64,000 nucleotides of DNA from assembly GCA_963845755.1 (NCBI GenBank), contig CAWJTV010000018.1, positions 32,001 through 96,000 of the forward strand. The letters are read 5' to 3'. The notes below the pieces were generated by a model. That model was given only the letters and a program-made list of their open reading frames with translations. It ran no database searches and was not told the DNA's origin. This document shows, one piece after another, positions 23,607 through 36,300 of this stretch (within the stretch, counting starts at the first letter, position 1; the number at the start of each line of letters is the position of its first letter). The position numbers were made by a program, and so were the translations under genes. This DNA comes from an uncultured Planctomycetota bacterium (GTDB lineage: Bacteria > Planctomycetota > Planctomycetia > Isosphaerales > Isosphaeraceae).

Positions 23607-24041
23607 ATGTTGGTCCGAGACGTCCTGGAATCCAAGGGGCGCCGCATGGTCACCATCGACAGCGACGCGACCATCAGCGAGGCCATCGCCAAACTCGTTC
23701 AGAATAACATCGGTTCCCTCCCCGTCGTCGACCACGAGGGCCATCTGACCGGCATCTTCAGCGAACGGGACGTGCTCCGGATCATCCATAACCGCGGCGA
23801 GGGGTTCGGCCGGCTGCGGGTCAGCGAGGTGATGACCCGCGACCCCGTAACCTGCCGGCTCGAAGACGATGTAGCCGACGTCATGGGACAGATGAGCGAA
23901 CGGCATATCGCCAAGATCCCGGTCACGACCGGTGCGGAGCTCGTCGGTATCGTCTCGGTCGGAGACGTCATCAAGGCCCTTCATGATAAGGTTCACACCG
24001 AGAACCAACACCTCATGTCCTATATTCATGGGTCTGTTTGA
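23607..24041 (+). CDS. CBS domain protein
   Basis: NIGSLPVV, GIFSERD, VSEVMT, VGIVSVGDV. Confidence 0.92.
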   Translation: MLVRDVLESKGRRMVTIDSDATISEAIAKLVQNNIGSLPVVDHEGHLTGIFSERDVLRIIHNRGEGFGRLRVSEVMTRDPVTCRLEDDVADVMGQMSERHIAKIPVTTGAELVGIVSVGDVIKALHDKVHTENQHLMSYIHGSV

Positions 24042-24112
24042 TGTTCGCAGTGGTCAGTGGTCAGACAGTACGGATGCGCGTCAATTCCTAACGCGGCCTT
24101 CGGCCGCAACCC

Positions 24113-24205
24113 AATCGGGATTCCCGATTCGCGATTCCGGATTCCCGAAGGGGAATGATCCGGGAATCCGGAATCGCGAATCCGGAATTCGGAATCCCCA
24201 GATCC
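24113..24205. repeat. Inverted heptamer arrays (GATTCCC...GGAATCC) between convergent genes; probable long hairpin
   Basis: gggattc-ccgattc-gcgattc-cggattc-ccg followed by gggaatc-cggaatc-gcgaatc-cggaatt-cggaatc-cc. Confidence 0.7.
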
Positions 24206-24251
24206 GCGAGGGCGCAGGGATCCTACGGAGGACGACTCTAACCACTGACCT

Positions 24252-25808
24252 CTAAGGACGATAGTGCGGGTCCCATCTGGCTGGTGCGGCCCCATTCCAT
24301 CGGCTGTAAAGGGCCGTGAGGTCCGCGAGCCGGTCGCGAACGGTCCCATCCAGTTGGTCCTTGCGAAACCGCCATCGCCAGTTTCCTTCGGCCTTGCCGG
24401 GGAAGTTCATCCGCGCCGGGCTATCGAGCCCGAGGATGTCCTGCATGGGGATGATGGTCGTATCGGCGACCGAGGCGAAGACCATTCGGATCAAGCTCCA
24501 GTGAATCTCGTCGGCCGTCGCATGGGCGTAGCGGAGGGCGAAGGCCCGCGCGGCGGCGACCTCGGCCCGGGGCTGGGTGGTCGTGACGGAAGTCGAGTGG
24601 AACCATCCGTAGGTCGTGTCGTTGTCGTGCGTCCCCGTGTAGGCGAGACAATTCGGGACGTAGCGGTGGGGCAGGTGCTTCTCCGAGGCCGGGTCGGCAT
24701 CGAATCCGAACTGGATGATCCGCATCCCCGGTAAGTTGAACTCGTCACGCAGTTCCTCCACGTCTGGTGTGATCACGCCCAGATCCTCGGCGATGAGCGG
24801 GACCAGTCCCAGCTCCCGGCGAATGGTCCTGAAGAAGTCGTGCCCCGGCGCGGGGACCCATCGACCAGTTGCCGCTGTCTCCGACCCGGCAGGAATCTCC
24901 CAGTAGGCCGCAAAGCCGCGGAAATGATCGATCCGGATCAGCTCCACCCGGCTGAGCAGGGCACGCAGCCGGGAGAGCCACCAGCCATAGCCATCCCGCG
25001 TATGGACCTCCCAGCGATAGATCGGGTTTCCCCAGAGTTGGCCGGTCTCGCTGAAATAATCCGGCGGCACCCCGGCCATGAACAGCGGCCGGCCATGTTC
25101 ATCGAGGTAATAGAGCTCGGGGTGGGCCCAGACGTCGGCGCTATCGTGCGCGACGAAGATGGGCAAGTCTCCGATCAGCATAACGTTTTTCGCTCTGCAA
25201 GCCGCGCGCAGCGCCTGCCACTGGGTCTCGAAGGCGTACTGAACGAACTCGTGGAAGCGAATGCCGTCGAACAGGAGCTTCCGCGACCGGGCGCAGGCGG
25301 TCGGGTTCCGATTCAAAAGCTCCGTCTCCCACTCGAACCAGGGCCGGCCGTCGTGGGCGTCGCGCAGGGCCTGGAAGAAGACATAGTCGTCCAGCCAGCC
25401 GCGATTCGCTGCGCAGAATTCCTCGAAAGCGGGGTCTGCTCCTGCCTCCTGGAATCCTTGGAATGCCCGGCGGAGTAGTGGCAGCTTGAGCTTGGCGACC
25501 GCGTCGAAATCGGCGTGATCTTCGGGTAGGTGGGGAACATCAGCGATTTCCCTCGCGTCGAGCCAACCCTGCTCGACCAGTCCATCGGGACTGATCAGGA
25601 GGGGGTTGCCGGCGAACGACGAGGGAGACTGGTAAGGCGACGCGCCGTAACCGGTCGGCCCCAGCGGCAACATCTGCCACCACGTTTGGCCCGTCTCGGC
25701 CAGGAAATCCACGAAAGCATGGGCCTCAGGGCCCAGGTCGCCAATCCCGAATCGGCCTGGCAGTGAAGTCGGATGCAACAGGATGCCGCTGGCCCGCCGG
25801 AGTTCCAT
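24252..25808 (-). CDS. malQ: 4-alpha-glucanotransferase (amylomaltase, GH77)
   Basis: GILLHPTSLP, GDLPIFV, GQLWGNP, RIDHFRG, AEDLG, YTGTHDNDT. Confidence 0.95.
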   Translation of the reverse strand: MELRRASGILLHPTSLPGRFGIGDLGPEAHAFVDFLAETGQTWWQMLPLGPTGYGASPYQSPSSFAGNPLLISPDGLVEQGWLDAREIADVPHLPEDHADFDAVAKLKLPLLRRAFQGFQEAGADPAFEEFCAANRGWLDDYVFFQALRDAHDGRPWFEWETELLNRNPTACARSRKLLFDGIRFHEFVQYAFETQWQALRAACRAKNVMLIGDLPIFVAHDSADVWAHPELYYLDEHGRPLFMAGVPPDYFSETGQLWGNPIYRWEVHTRDGYGWWLSRLRALLSRVELIRIDHFRGFAAYWEIPAGSETAATGRWVPAPGHDFFRTIRRELGLVPLIAEDLGVITPDVEELRDEFNLPGMRIIQFGFDADPASEKHLPHRYVPNCLAYTGTHDNDTTYGWFHSTSVTTTQPRAEVAAARAFALRYAHATADEIHWSLIRMVFASVADTTIIPMQDILGLDSPARMNFPGKAEGNWRWRFRKDQLDGTVRDRLADLTALYSRWNGAAPARWDPHYRP

Positions 25809-25859
25809 GTCCAGTGTCTCCTGATCCCGTCTCGGAACTTGATGAAGGGACGCGCGTCG

Positions 25860-26663
25860 TCAAGCATTCGGCTGGTCCAGGAACCGCTCGACTTCTCGGC
25901 GAAAGCCGAGGTGATCCTCGACGTGCGGCATGTGACCGACGCCCGGCAGGACGACACAGTGTGCCTGGGAGATTCGTTCCGCCAGGTCGCGGGCCATCGG
26001 TGGCGGGTTCACCAGGTCCAGCTCGCCCACCAGGACCAGGGTGGGGGCACGAATCGCGCCGAGCCGGTCCCGGGCGTTATGCTCGATCGCCGCATTCGCC
26101 TGGCGGACAAACGCATCGGGCTCCTGCGGCCACGGGTTGCGCTCGGCGAACTGGATCATCCCCTCGACCTGACCCGGAAGGCGATAGAACGGCGGTGCGA
26201 CCAGCCAGGGGAGGACGGCCCGCGTGAATGCACCGGCGTCGAGCTTGGTCCGGATCGCGACCCACGAGTTGATGACGGCCTCACGCCAGGGGTCGCCCCC
26301 GGCGTGCGTCGATACCAGGATCAGGCTCTTCACCACTCCGGGATGACGCAAAGCCAGTTCCTGCGCGACCAGGCCCCCGAGCGACTGGCCGACGACATGA
26401 GCCGGTAACGCCCCCACTTCTTCGAGCCAGCCCGCCACGTCGTCGGCCATGTCCGCCGTCGTGTAGGGACCGTCCGCCCGATCGCTTTGACCGGCGTCCC
26501 GCGCGTCGAGGCTCATCGTCCGAAACTTTGTCCCGAAATGGCGTTGCGATCGCGGAAACGCCCGGTGGTCGCCCCCGAGTCCGCTCAAGAAGACGAGGGG
26601 ATCGCCCTGGGAGCCGATTACCTCATAATAAAACGAGCGACCTCGAACGACGATCTTGGGCAT
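25860..26663 (-). CDS. Alpha/beta hydrolase
   Basis: GQSLGG nucleophile elbow, GELD, GHMPH. Confidence 0.9.
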   Translation of the reverse strand: MPKIVVRGRSFYYEVIGSQGDPLVFLSGLGGDHRAFPRSQRHFGTKFRTMSLDARDAGQSDRADGPYTTADMADDVAGWLEEVGALPAHVVGQSLGGLVAQELALRHPGVVKSLILVSTHAGGDPWREAVINSWVAIRTKLDAGAFTRAVLPWLVAPPFYRLPGQVEGMIQFAERNPWPQEPDAFVRQANAAIEHNARDRLGAIRAPTLVLVGELDLVNPPPMARDLAERISQAHCVVLPGVGHMPHVEDHLGFRREVERFLDQPNA

Positions 26664-27269
26664 AGGTGGACCGGAATCGTAGGCATTGGCTGATCGGATC
26701 GGCGCACACGGCGAAGCCCTTGAGCCTGATCCCCATCAGCGTAAACAGTTACTCGATGTTGAGAAGGGCAAAAACCGGACCGTGCGCCTCTCCTGATAAT
26801 CGATGCGGCTCCGTGGTCGCCAGGATCAGGTTTAGACTTCCGCATTCGGGCAAACATTCGAGATGAGGGACGATCTCTCCGTAGCACACTACCATTACCA
26901 GGACTGTAAACGGGTCATGGCCAGTCTGTATCGTCCGCGAGGGCATCGGGCAGACAGACCGGGTCGCCCGAGTTTCACCCGGATTCGCTATTGCATGCAT
27001 CGTTCGACGTGTGGTTTCATTGATTATTGAGTATGCGCACCCCGTGTCTTGGGGATGACTGCGTCACGAACGTCTATTTCGATCGTAAATTGAAATGAGC
27101 CAGTTTACACCAAATCCTGCAATCACTCATAGATTCTTCCGGCCGACGAATCATCGTCCGAAGTCATCATGGGAATCGAAAGTGCCGAACTTCAGGCCGC
27201 CGCTGCTTGTGACTCGTAGGAAAATTACGGCGTCACTCGGAGTCAACATCGCAATCGAGGTGACTATCC

Positions 27270-28943
27270 ATGGAAAAACGATCAGCATGGGTGTCCTTCA
27301 ACAAACGGTGGCGGCCGTCGCTGGCTCTCGGTGCACTCGGGGTTTTCCTTGGCGCCATCCTGGGGATCCTGGACCCGGCTACGGCCGGTGATCAACCGCC
27401 CCGGCAATCCGCCAGCCAGAAACACACCGCCACGTCTTCCCAGGTGGCCGCCATCGACCAGGCGATCGCCGCGGTATGGGAAAGAGCGGGGGTCAAGCCG
27501 GCGCGGCCGGCGACGGACGACGAGTATCTCCGTCGCGCTTATCTCGATCTACTCGGCCGGATCCCGAATATTCAGGAGGCTCGGGCCTTCCTGAACATCC
27601 GGGACCACGATAAGCGGGGGAAGCTGGTCGAGTATCTGCTCAATCATCCGGACTATCCCAAGAACTTCGCGACCCAGTGGACCGTCCTCCTGATCGGCCG
27701 TGGTAACCAGGGTCGGATGGTCGACCGCGCGGCACTCACGAGTTGGCTGCGCAAGCAGTTCGGCTCGGAGCGGCCCTGGAACGAGGTGGTTCACGAGCTG
27801 GTGTCATCCTCCGGCTCCAACAAGGACAACGGGGCGGTCAACTACATCCTGGCACACATGGGGTTCGAGGCCGTCCCCTTGACGTCGCGAACCACCCGGT
27901 TGTTCCTGGGACAGCAGATCCAGTGCACGCAGTGCCACGATCACCCTTCCAACGACTGGAAGCAGATCGATTTCTGGGGGATCAACGCCTTTTTCAAGGG
28001 CATCAAGGCCGACCCGGTTCGCAGGCCCAATGCCACCGGTATGCAGGTCGTCGATCACATCGAGGTGAGTGATGAACCGACCGACGCCTATGTCCGCTTC
28101 GACAAGCGTAATGGGATGGTCGGCATCGCCTTCCCGCGGTTCCTCGATGGCCGGAAGATCAGCCAGGGGACCGATGTGAACCGACGCGCCGAGTTGGGGA
28201 AGCTGATCGCCGACCCGAACAACGAGGCGCTGGCCAAAGCGTTCGTCAATCGCATGTGGGGCCACTTCCTCGGCCGGGGTTTCGTCCATCCGGTGGACGA
28301 CTTCGGTCCACACAACCCGCCCAGCCATCCCGCGTTGCTCGACCGGCTCGGCAAGGACTTCCGGGAGAGCGGATATGACGTCAAGAAGCTCATCCGGTGG
28401 ATCATGGCCAGCCGGGCCTATCAGCTCAGCAGCATCAAGACGAAGGGGAGCGAGAAGGAAGAGAGCCTATTCACCTCGATGCAACTCAAACCGATGACCC
28501 CGGAGCAATTGTTCGACTCGCTCCTGACAGCGACCTCGGCTCATCGCGCCGGGGCGGCCGATGAGGGGGGAAGGAGACGCGACGACTGGATGAGGCAGTT
28601 CCTTTTCGCCTTCGCCAACGATGAGGGCGAAGAATCGACGAACTTCCAGGGCACTATTCCCCAGGCGCTGATGATGATGAACGGCGACCTGATGCGGGAG
28701 GCACTCTCGGGCAAGCCCGGCAGCTTATTGTGCGACTTGCTCGAACATTCCGGCGCGCAGTCCCGATCGCCCGAGAACACCATGATTGATTCGCTGTACC
28801 TGGCGGCCCTGAGCCGGCATCCCACGCCCCGGGAACTGACGCAGGCGCGGGAGTACCTTGGAAAGTATCCCGACAGTCTCCAGGTCTTGCAGGACCTGTT
28901 CTGGGCATTGCTGAATTCCAACGAGTTCATCCTCATCCACTAA
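27270..28943 (+). CDS. DUF1549/DUF1553 domain protein
   Basis: YLRRAYLDLLGRIP, CTQCHDHP, VNRMWGHFLGRG, PSHPALLD, WALLNSNEF. Confidence 0.92.
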   Translation: MEKRSAWVSFNKRWRPSLALGALGVFLGAILGILDPATAGDQPPRQSASQKHTATSSQVAAIDQAIAAVWERAGVKPARPATDDEYLRRAYLDLLGRIPNIQEARAFLNIRDHDKRGKLVEYLLNHPDYPKNFATQWTVLLIGRGNQGRMVDRAALTSWLRKQFGSERPWNEVVHELVSSSGSNKDNGAVNYILAHMGFEAVPLTSRTTRLFLGQQIQCTQCHDHPSNDWKQIDFWGINAFFKGIKADPVRRPNATGMQVVDHIEVSDEPTDAYVRFDKRNGMVGIAFPRFLDGRKISQGTDVNRRAELGKLIADPNNEALAKAFVNRMWGHFLGRGFVHPVDDFGPHNPPSHPALLDRLGKDFRESGYDVKKLIRWIMASRAYQLSSIKTKGSEKEESLFTSMQLKPMTPEQLFDSLLTATSAHRAGAADEGGRRRDDWMRQFLFAFANDEGEESTNFQGTIPQALMMMNGDLMREALSGKPGSLLCDLLEHSGAQSRSPENTMIDSLYLAALSRHPTPRELTQAREYLGKYPDSLQVLQDLFWALLNSNEFILIH

Positions 28944-29038
28944 GGACCCGACCGGCCGGAATCGTCCCGTAAGCGGCATTGCCCTTCGACGAGGCGGACT
29001 GGCGGGCGGTCCGGGCGGATCGCTGGAGAAAGGTTCCC

Positions 29039-30325
29039 ATGTCCGACTTACCCGGGTTCTTCGGTCCGATGACGAGACGCCACTGGCTGGGGCATCTGAC
29101 TGCGACCGCCCTGGGCGTCCCCGCGATCCAGTTTTTCTCATCCCTCGAGGCCAACGCGGCGCACCTCCGAAAGACCAATCGGAGCATCATCGTGCTCTGG
29201 ATGGGTGGTGGCCCCAGCCATCTGGACATCTGGGACCTGAAGCCCGACAGCGAGAAGAACGGCGGACCGTTCCGCCCGATCGACACCTCCGCGCCTGGGG
29301 TGAAGATCAGCGAGCATCTGCCCAAGGTGGCCAGGCAGATGCATCACTTGTCGATCCTCCGGTCGCTCGACTCCAAGGAGGGGAACCACGACCGGGGCCG
29401 CTACCTTATGCACACGGGCTATGCTCCCAACCCGACGGTGGTGCATCCCGGATTCGGATCCTACTGTGCTGTGGAGCTGGGCGAGCGGCTGTCCAATTTC
29501 AGCCTGCCGCATTGCATCGCCATCAATGGCCCGGGCGTCGGTGCGGGGTTCCTCGGCATGTCGTATGCGCCGTTCGTCGTCCAGAACCCGAATGCCCCGA
29601 TCGCCAACCTGAAGCCGCCCAAGGATGTCGAGAACTGGCGGCTGGATCGGCGCCTCGCCATGCTCGGTCAGGTCGAAAATCAGTTCATCTCGACGCGCAA
29701 ATCCCAGGCGGCCCTCGATCACAAGGCGGTCTATAACAAGACGCTGAATATGATGAACTCGCAGTATCAGGACGCGTTCAACCTGGCCAGGGAGTCGGAC
29801 GCGGTGCGCGACAAGTACGGCCGCGGCTCGTTCGGCTCGGGTTGTTTGATGGCCCGTCGGCTGGTGGAGCTGGGGGTCACCTACGTCGAAGTCTCCCTCG
29901 ACGGCTGGGACACCCACGCCAACAACTTCGACGCGCTCTCGCAACGGCTGCTCCCGGAGTTGGACAAGGGGATGTCGTCGCTGGTGGCCGACCTGGCGGC
30001 CCGCCGCCTGCTCGACAACACGACGATCGTCTGGATGGGCGAGTTCGGCCGCACGCCCCGGATCAATCAGAACGCCGGCCGAGACCACTGGCCCCGAAGC
30101 TGGTCGGTCGTCGTCGGAGGCGGCGGCATGAAGAATGGCCAGGCCATCGGAGCGACCGACAAGGACGGCGTGGATATCGTCAACAAGCCGATCGGAGTGA
30201 TGGACCTGGTCGCCACGCTCACCAAGGCCATGGGCATGAACCTCGAGCAACAGTACACCACGCCGCTCGGTCGCCCGATCAAGATCGTCAACGGCGGGAA
30301 ACCCGTCCAGGAGCTCTTCGGCTGA
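29039..30325 (+). CDS. DUF1501 domain protein with Tat-like leader
   Basis: TRRHWL, LWMGGGPSHLD, ARRLVE.GV, GWDTH, GEFGRTP, GRDHW. Confidence 0.92.
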   Translation: MSDLPGFFGPMTRRHWLGHLTATALGVPAIQFFSSLEANAAHLRKTNRSIIVLWMGGGPSHLDIWDLKPDSEKNGGPFRPIDTSAPGVKISEHLPKVARQMHHLSILRSLDSKEGNHDRGRYLMHTGYAPNPTVVHPGFGSYCAVELGERLSNFSLPHCIAINGPGVGAGFLGMSYAPFVVQNPNAPIANLKPPKDVENWRLDRRLAMLGQVENQFISTRKSQAALDHKAVYNKTLNMMNSQYQDAFNLARESDAVRDKYGRGSFGSGCLMARRLVELGVTYVEVSLDGWDTHANNFDALSQRLLPELDKGMSSLVADLAARRLLDNTTIVWMGEFGRTPRINQNAGRDHWPRSWSVVVGGGGMKNGQAIGATDKDGVDIVNKPIGVMDLVATLTKAMGMNLEQQYTTPLGRPIKIVNGGKPVQELFG

Positions 30326-30378
30326 AACGGACCACTCGACCCGCGGACGGCCCACGGGGGTTGGCCGCGGGTCAGTGC

Positions 30379-33300
30379 TCATCGTCTCAAGACTCCCTGC
30401 GTCCTGGTCGCGCGACCCTGTCTCCATCCGATCGCCGCCAGGCCCAGTCCGCCCGCCAGCAGGGTTGGACCTCCGGTCAATGCGGCGCCCCCCAGGACGA
30501 GGGCCATCGCGGCGGCGCAGGCCGTTCGGTAGCCGGACCAGAAGGTGGCGGCGATGGCGGCCGTTACCAGCAGGAGTACGGCGATCGCGGAGCGGTTGAT
30601 GGACGGATCCAGCCTCGGGACGATCCGCCGGTCCTCGAGCGTCAACGCGGCCTGCGACGACGTGTCATCGGTCCCCTTGGTGATCCCTATCATCGCGGTC
30701 GGCTTGCCGAAGGCCCGGATCCGGCCGAGCGACATGGGCTCGGGGATACCAGCCGCGGGACGACTGGCGCCGGCTGCCGATTCCCCCAGGTAACTCCGGG
30801 CCGCTTCCTGGTCTTCCCGCAGTCCGGCGGAGGCCACCGCATCGGCCAGGGCGGTGCGCCGACGGAACCCTCTCGAGGTCCGGATCGCTGGGCGTCCGGA
30901 CACGTCCGGACTCGCGCCACGAGGCGCTCCGCACGGCGCCGCGGAGGGCCAGTTCATGATTGATCAAGAGCGAGACCAGTCGGTTGTGATCGCGCCCGGA
31001 ACTGCGGTCGAGCTGGGCGAGGATACTCCGGATCGACTGCGAAATCCAATCGGCGCGGGCCATCTCGAGTCGCGTCATCGTGGTGGACTCGAAGCCTGCG
31101 GGAAGTCCCGCAACGGCCACCCCGGGCGGTGTGAACACCTCCAGGAAGGACCTCGAAGGCCCGACGCCTACCTTCGGTAGAACGGCCGGCCAGTCGCTCG
31201 ACCGGGACACGCGGGGTGTAAGAAGGCCATTGGTCTTCCAGATGAGGAAGATCCGGTCCTCACGCCGCGCATCCAGGACGATCGACCACCTGCCGGGCGC
31301 GATCGGAAGGGGATGGTAGGATTGGAATCGACGGCCGCCCAGAGGATTGCGCTGTCGGCTGGAAGCTCGATCGTCAGCAGGCGGCCGCTGTCGCGAACCG
31401 TCTCGTAGACCGCGCAGCCGAGGATCGACCGATCGGGCATGACAGTCATCATGAGGTCCGCAATCGCGACCTTGGCGGCATCGTCCTGCGACATGCCCGA
31501 TTCGGGGAATCCCCGCGGCAATCGCTGACGTAGGACCCACGACGGCCTACGCACCCAGTAGGCGCCGGCTGCCGATCCGTGATCTCGGACGAACTCCTTC
31601 GCCTGGAAGTGCATGGCCGGATCGATCTTCTGCAAACCAATGGACTCCTCGGAAGTTAACGGGTAGCCGGTCGCGTTCACGATGGCCAGGTAGGCATCGA
31701 AGGCCCCGTTCCCGCGCGGCACGATCTCGGGATAGACGATGTCGCCGTCGGCCGGCAACGGGCGCTTCGAACGGACGACTAGCCGATGCGAGCCCCAGAG
31801 GGGACGCCTCGGAGTGATCATCCAGCGCACGAAAGGTCCTCGGATCTCGGATGTCAACTGGAAGTTTTCTCCGGAGAGATGAAGCTTCGCCTCGTCGGCC
31901 CACGCTAAAGGGATCTCCAGCAGGATCGACTCGAGCGCGCCTCCCATGACGTCATAGCGCAGGACGGCCACCCATTGGGCGGAGTCCGGGAAGAGCGTCA
32001 TCTGGCTCTCGATGGTGACGGCGACGCGCGGCGGCGGCGGCTCCCATCGAATCTCGCCAAGCCGGCTCGCGTCGTCCACCTGATAGGCCGTTCGAGACGA
32101 CGCCGACCTCGAGCCGGTCACCTCGAGAGGCACCGGGGTCGTCGGAATTGGGGTCAATCCGTCGGCTCCCGTGAGCTCCGGTTTCGAATCGGATGAGACC
32201 ACGAGCGAACCCGTCCCAGCCTCGGCGCCGATCCAGTCGACCCACGGGGTACGGACCCGATGCTGGCGCGATCCGACCTTGAGCGGATCTTCACTCAAAG
32301 GGATCCACCCCGAGATCCGGACGTGCCGGCGCGGACCATTGCCGGGACGTTGCCAGATCAGGTGCAGGTGAAAGTCGGTGGAAATGGTCCAGTCCATCAG
32401 CCCATCGCCGGAGACCTGCGTGACCTGGATTCCCTGGGGCAGCACGGCTTCGGTCGGCGGGGAATGGCCGGAGAGCTCGATCAAATCGGCGTCTAGGATC
32501 AGGGCGATCCGACCCGATTCGATCTGGAGCTGCAGCGCGGGACGGACCTGGACCCTGCCGGGTGCCGGGCCGGTCTGGAACGTCGCAGCGAGCTCGCGCG
32601 AATCGGCTGGTCCCGCTGAGGGTCAGCGGCTCTGGGGGGAGCTGTCCCCACGCTTTGACGAACGACTCATCGTTGATCGGGTCGGTGTTGGGCAGCGGTT
32701 CGAGCCGGCCGGTCCAATCGCCGGGCCTGCGGACGCCGAGCGAACCGGCAAACCGTTCCACGCCCACGGGCTGGATTCGGGGTAGTTGCCGGACGACGAC
32801 GTCGGGACGTCCGGGCGCGACCCGCGGCTTTCCCGAATCGCCCGCTGCCGCGTCCCGCGGTCGCCAGCAGTCGATGGCGAGGGTTGCCCCGGGCGGCAGG
32901 GGTGGATCGATACTCAAGAGCCATTGGCCGTCCTGGGTCTCGTCGAAGAAGACTCTGGACCGGCCTGGCGCCTGCACCGAGCGAAGGATCAACTCCGGAT
33001 CGTGCGACAGCCGAATCGTGGACATCTCGGTCGGCTGATGGTAGCTGAACCGGCAGCGCAGCCGGTCGCCGGCCGGGTTGACGTCCCAGAGCATCAATCC
33101 CTCGACACTTCCCACCGACCGCGGAGCCTGCGGTGCACCGGGTCTTGCCCAACGAATTACGAGCCGGTCGGTGGGGCCGAGCAGGCCGACGAGAGCCCGA
33201 TCCGGCTTCCGCTCGGTGCGACCGCGAGAGGCCAGATCCCCCTGGGGGACCTCGTCACGAGGCGGGTCAAGGATGACGCGAGCTGTCGGCAACGGATTGA

Positions 33301-36300
33301 TAGGCAGGCTGAGCTCCTCGGAGCCTGTCTCGTCGACGGTCGCCGCGGCCCGGCGGCGGAGACTCAGGACATGGCTGCCAGCCTTCGGGATCATCACTCG
33401 GGCCTGATTCCCACCCGGCACCACCGCCAACGGGCAGGACTCCCCATCCAGCGTGGCCTCGATCTCCCTCGCGAGCGAGACGGGGACCTCCCAGGAGAAG
33501 GGACCCTGGCCGTGCGCCGTCAGCTCGATTCGGCTCTCCACGACGATGTCTTGTGCCCCAAGTCGCGTGATGCGGTGGACGGCCGAGATGGCTGTGACCG
33601 TCGCGAAAGTTATCGGCTCCGGATTCGCCAGGCGGGACAGCCGGTCGAAATCCTCCAGACGGAGGATGACCCGATCCGCCGGTCTTTTGGGATCGAATGC
33701 CCCTTCGTAAGGGAAAAGGGCCAGGATGGGCGATTCGCCCGTCGACGGTGCCGTGCGCAGCGAGTGGATCGCTCCGGCGATCAGAAGGACCAGCGATGCC
33801 CCCACCGCCGATCGCACCGCGACACGTTGAATCGAGCTCTCCGAGTGAACGGCGGAGAGGTCCGGCTGGGGGGCTCGGCGGACCCTCCGGCCGAGCTCGA
33901 GGAGCAACATCGCAACGGCCCCGACGAACCCGGCCGCTGTGGCGAAACTGAATCGCTCCGGAAGAGCCCGATCCAGGATTGCGCACGATGCCGCCATGAT
34001 CGTGAGGAGGATTGGCCAGCCGCGCGTGAGCCGGCTTCCGGCGGCCAGCCGGCCGGTTGCGACCAGCGCGACGATGATCCACGCCATCACGATCTGACCG
34101 CGAACGTCGATCAGATGGATGTAAGAATCACTTCCCGGCCAGCTCGCACCCGAGAACCTCCAGATTGACCGACCGGGTGGAAGCTTGAGCCGTCCAGCCG
34201 CCTCATCCTCGACGGTCGCCGCGGATCGTGGCGAAGCTTCCCTGCGCCAGCGGGCCGGCGTCTCGAAGCGGTCGGTCCGGTCGGACCCCCACGCCAGCGT
34301 CTCAGCGATCGCGCCGGCCCACGCCGACGGCTGGGCCAGACTCGCCGACTCGGCTGTGGTCGTGATCAGGAGGGCGTCCGGGAACGACACCACGGCCAGG
34401 CCGTTCTGCTGGAGCGTGGCCAGCGAGACTCCCTGGCGACCGGTCCTGGACCGGCCGGGAACGCACGGCGTCTTCGGGCCGAGCCCTGCGGCGTTCAGCG
34501 CCAGGCGGTCGATCACGATTGGCCACGGGCCTGCATCCCATCGGCTGAACCATTCGGCGAGCGTTACCTCGCCCGGGGCGGACAGATCGAGCCGGTCATC
34601 GAGCGTGTTGAGCCGCGCAGCGGCCCCCGGCGTGGCATGTCCGAGGAATGCGCTCCAGGCCGGGCTCCACAGTCCCAGCGCGCCTCCCGGCCAGTTGGCC
34701 GGATCGTCACGGTCGTTGGCGATCAGGCCCGGACCACCGTCCACGGCCTTCCAGCTCGCCGGGGTCGCGATCTCCCAGACGAAGGACAGGCAGGGCAGGC
34801 CGATCTCGGGGAGTTCGGGGTGGCGGAGCGAACCCGGGACTCCGTTTGCGCTCTCCGTGACATAGTCGATGAGGATCGTGCTCGATCGGGTGCCTCGCCC
34901 GGTGGCCGTCGCCGGCAGCAAGAACCGGTCCCCCGACCCTACGGGGGCAATCTCGGTCCCGTCGCGACGTACCCGGACCAGCGAGGAGCGGGCGGGCATG
35001 GCCAGTTCCAGGGACTCGGTCTGCTCGAGCTGAACCGACAGGCGGAGACGGTTGAGAGACCGGCCCGAGGCATCCACCGAGGTCGTCAGGACGGCCTCGC
35101 TCACGACCCCCGGCGCCGTGGATGGTGCGAGGGGCTCGGTGACGAGCTCCAGCTTGTCGCCGGGCTCGGTGTAGGCGAAGGCGTGGACGGCCCGGTTCTT
35201 CAAGGGAGAGCGATCACCTCGGAGGCCGCCCGCGTCCTCAGGTACTCGCCCGGTCCTCAGCATGTCGACGACGGAGGGGTTCAAGCGACCGAGCCCCACG
35301 TTCTCCACGCGGGAGCGCATGCCCGCCGGCGTCTCGATCACGATCGTACCGGAGCGGAACTCTTCACGGGGGACCGAGAGCAGGGGAATGGAACCGCGAG
35401 TATTCCACGGCGAGGCCGCCTCGAAATGAATGGCCTTCTGGGCCTGGGGCGACAGGTTGACGATCAACGCGCGGGCGGATCCTCTGGCGGGAAACCCCAG
35501 GCGCGCGCGGACCGGTTCCTCGATCGGACCTAGCGTCAACTCGGCACCATTCTCGTCGCGGAACCGCCACGACGCGAGGCGATCTTCGGGCTGATCGATC
35601 CAGAGCGGGAGGGATTCCAGGGGCGCGGCACCCGAGGTGAGCACGATCGTACCCTCGAGGGTGAGTTCACGCTGGTCCGGGCGGATCCGGGCTCGGGAGT
35701 AGATCGAGGCCATCGGGTCCTGATCGATCCGTTTGCGGTCAACGCGGCCCTCGGCGGCGGAAGACGTCCAGCGCCATGCGAGGGCCTCGCGGAGATGCGC
35801 ATCGGGGGCCCGCGGTGACGGCCCGGTCACCTCGGCGGGATCGATCCACGCCAGCCCTCGGGCCCGGGTGGGGCGAATCATGATGTCGTCGTCGGCCCAC
35901 GCCAGCCACGCCTCGTCCGCAGTCGCGGCCCCGACGGCGCGCACCCGAGGAAGCTCGAGGGGACCGCGGCCGCCCGGGACCGTCGAGGTCGCGCCGATCC
36001 GCAACGTCCATCGCTTCCTGGCCAGGACGGTTGCCGGGACCATTACATGCAGCCGGGTCGCGCCGGAAGCGAGTATAGCGGGGTGCCAGACCACCGGATC
36101 GTCCAGGCCCTCGATATGAACCTGTTCGGGCAGCCAAGTCGGTCCCATGTCAACCTCCAGCTCGGTGGCGGAACCGCGGTGGAGGTCCCAGTCGAGGCGG
36201 CACTCGAGCCGGGGCGAAGTATTGGTGATGAAGAGCTGCCCGCGCACGGTGCAAGCGAGGTCCACTCGGGGCCCGAGGAACACCAGCTCGGCGACGGAAC

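Noticed and set aside
2026..30427. Long overlapping ORFs such as 2026-3024, 17939-19060, 19172-20512, 21784-23499 and 29138-30427
   Set aside because: They lie opposite well-supported genes and show no recognisable motifs.
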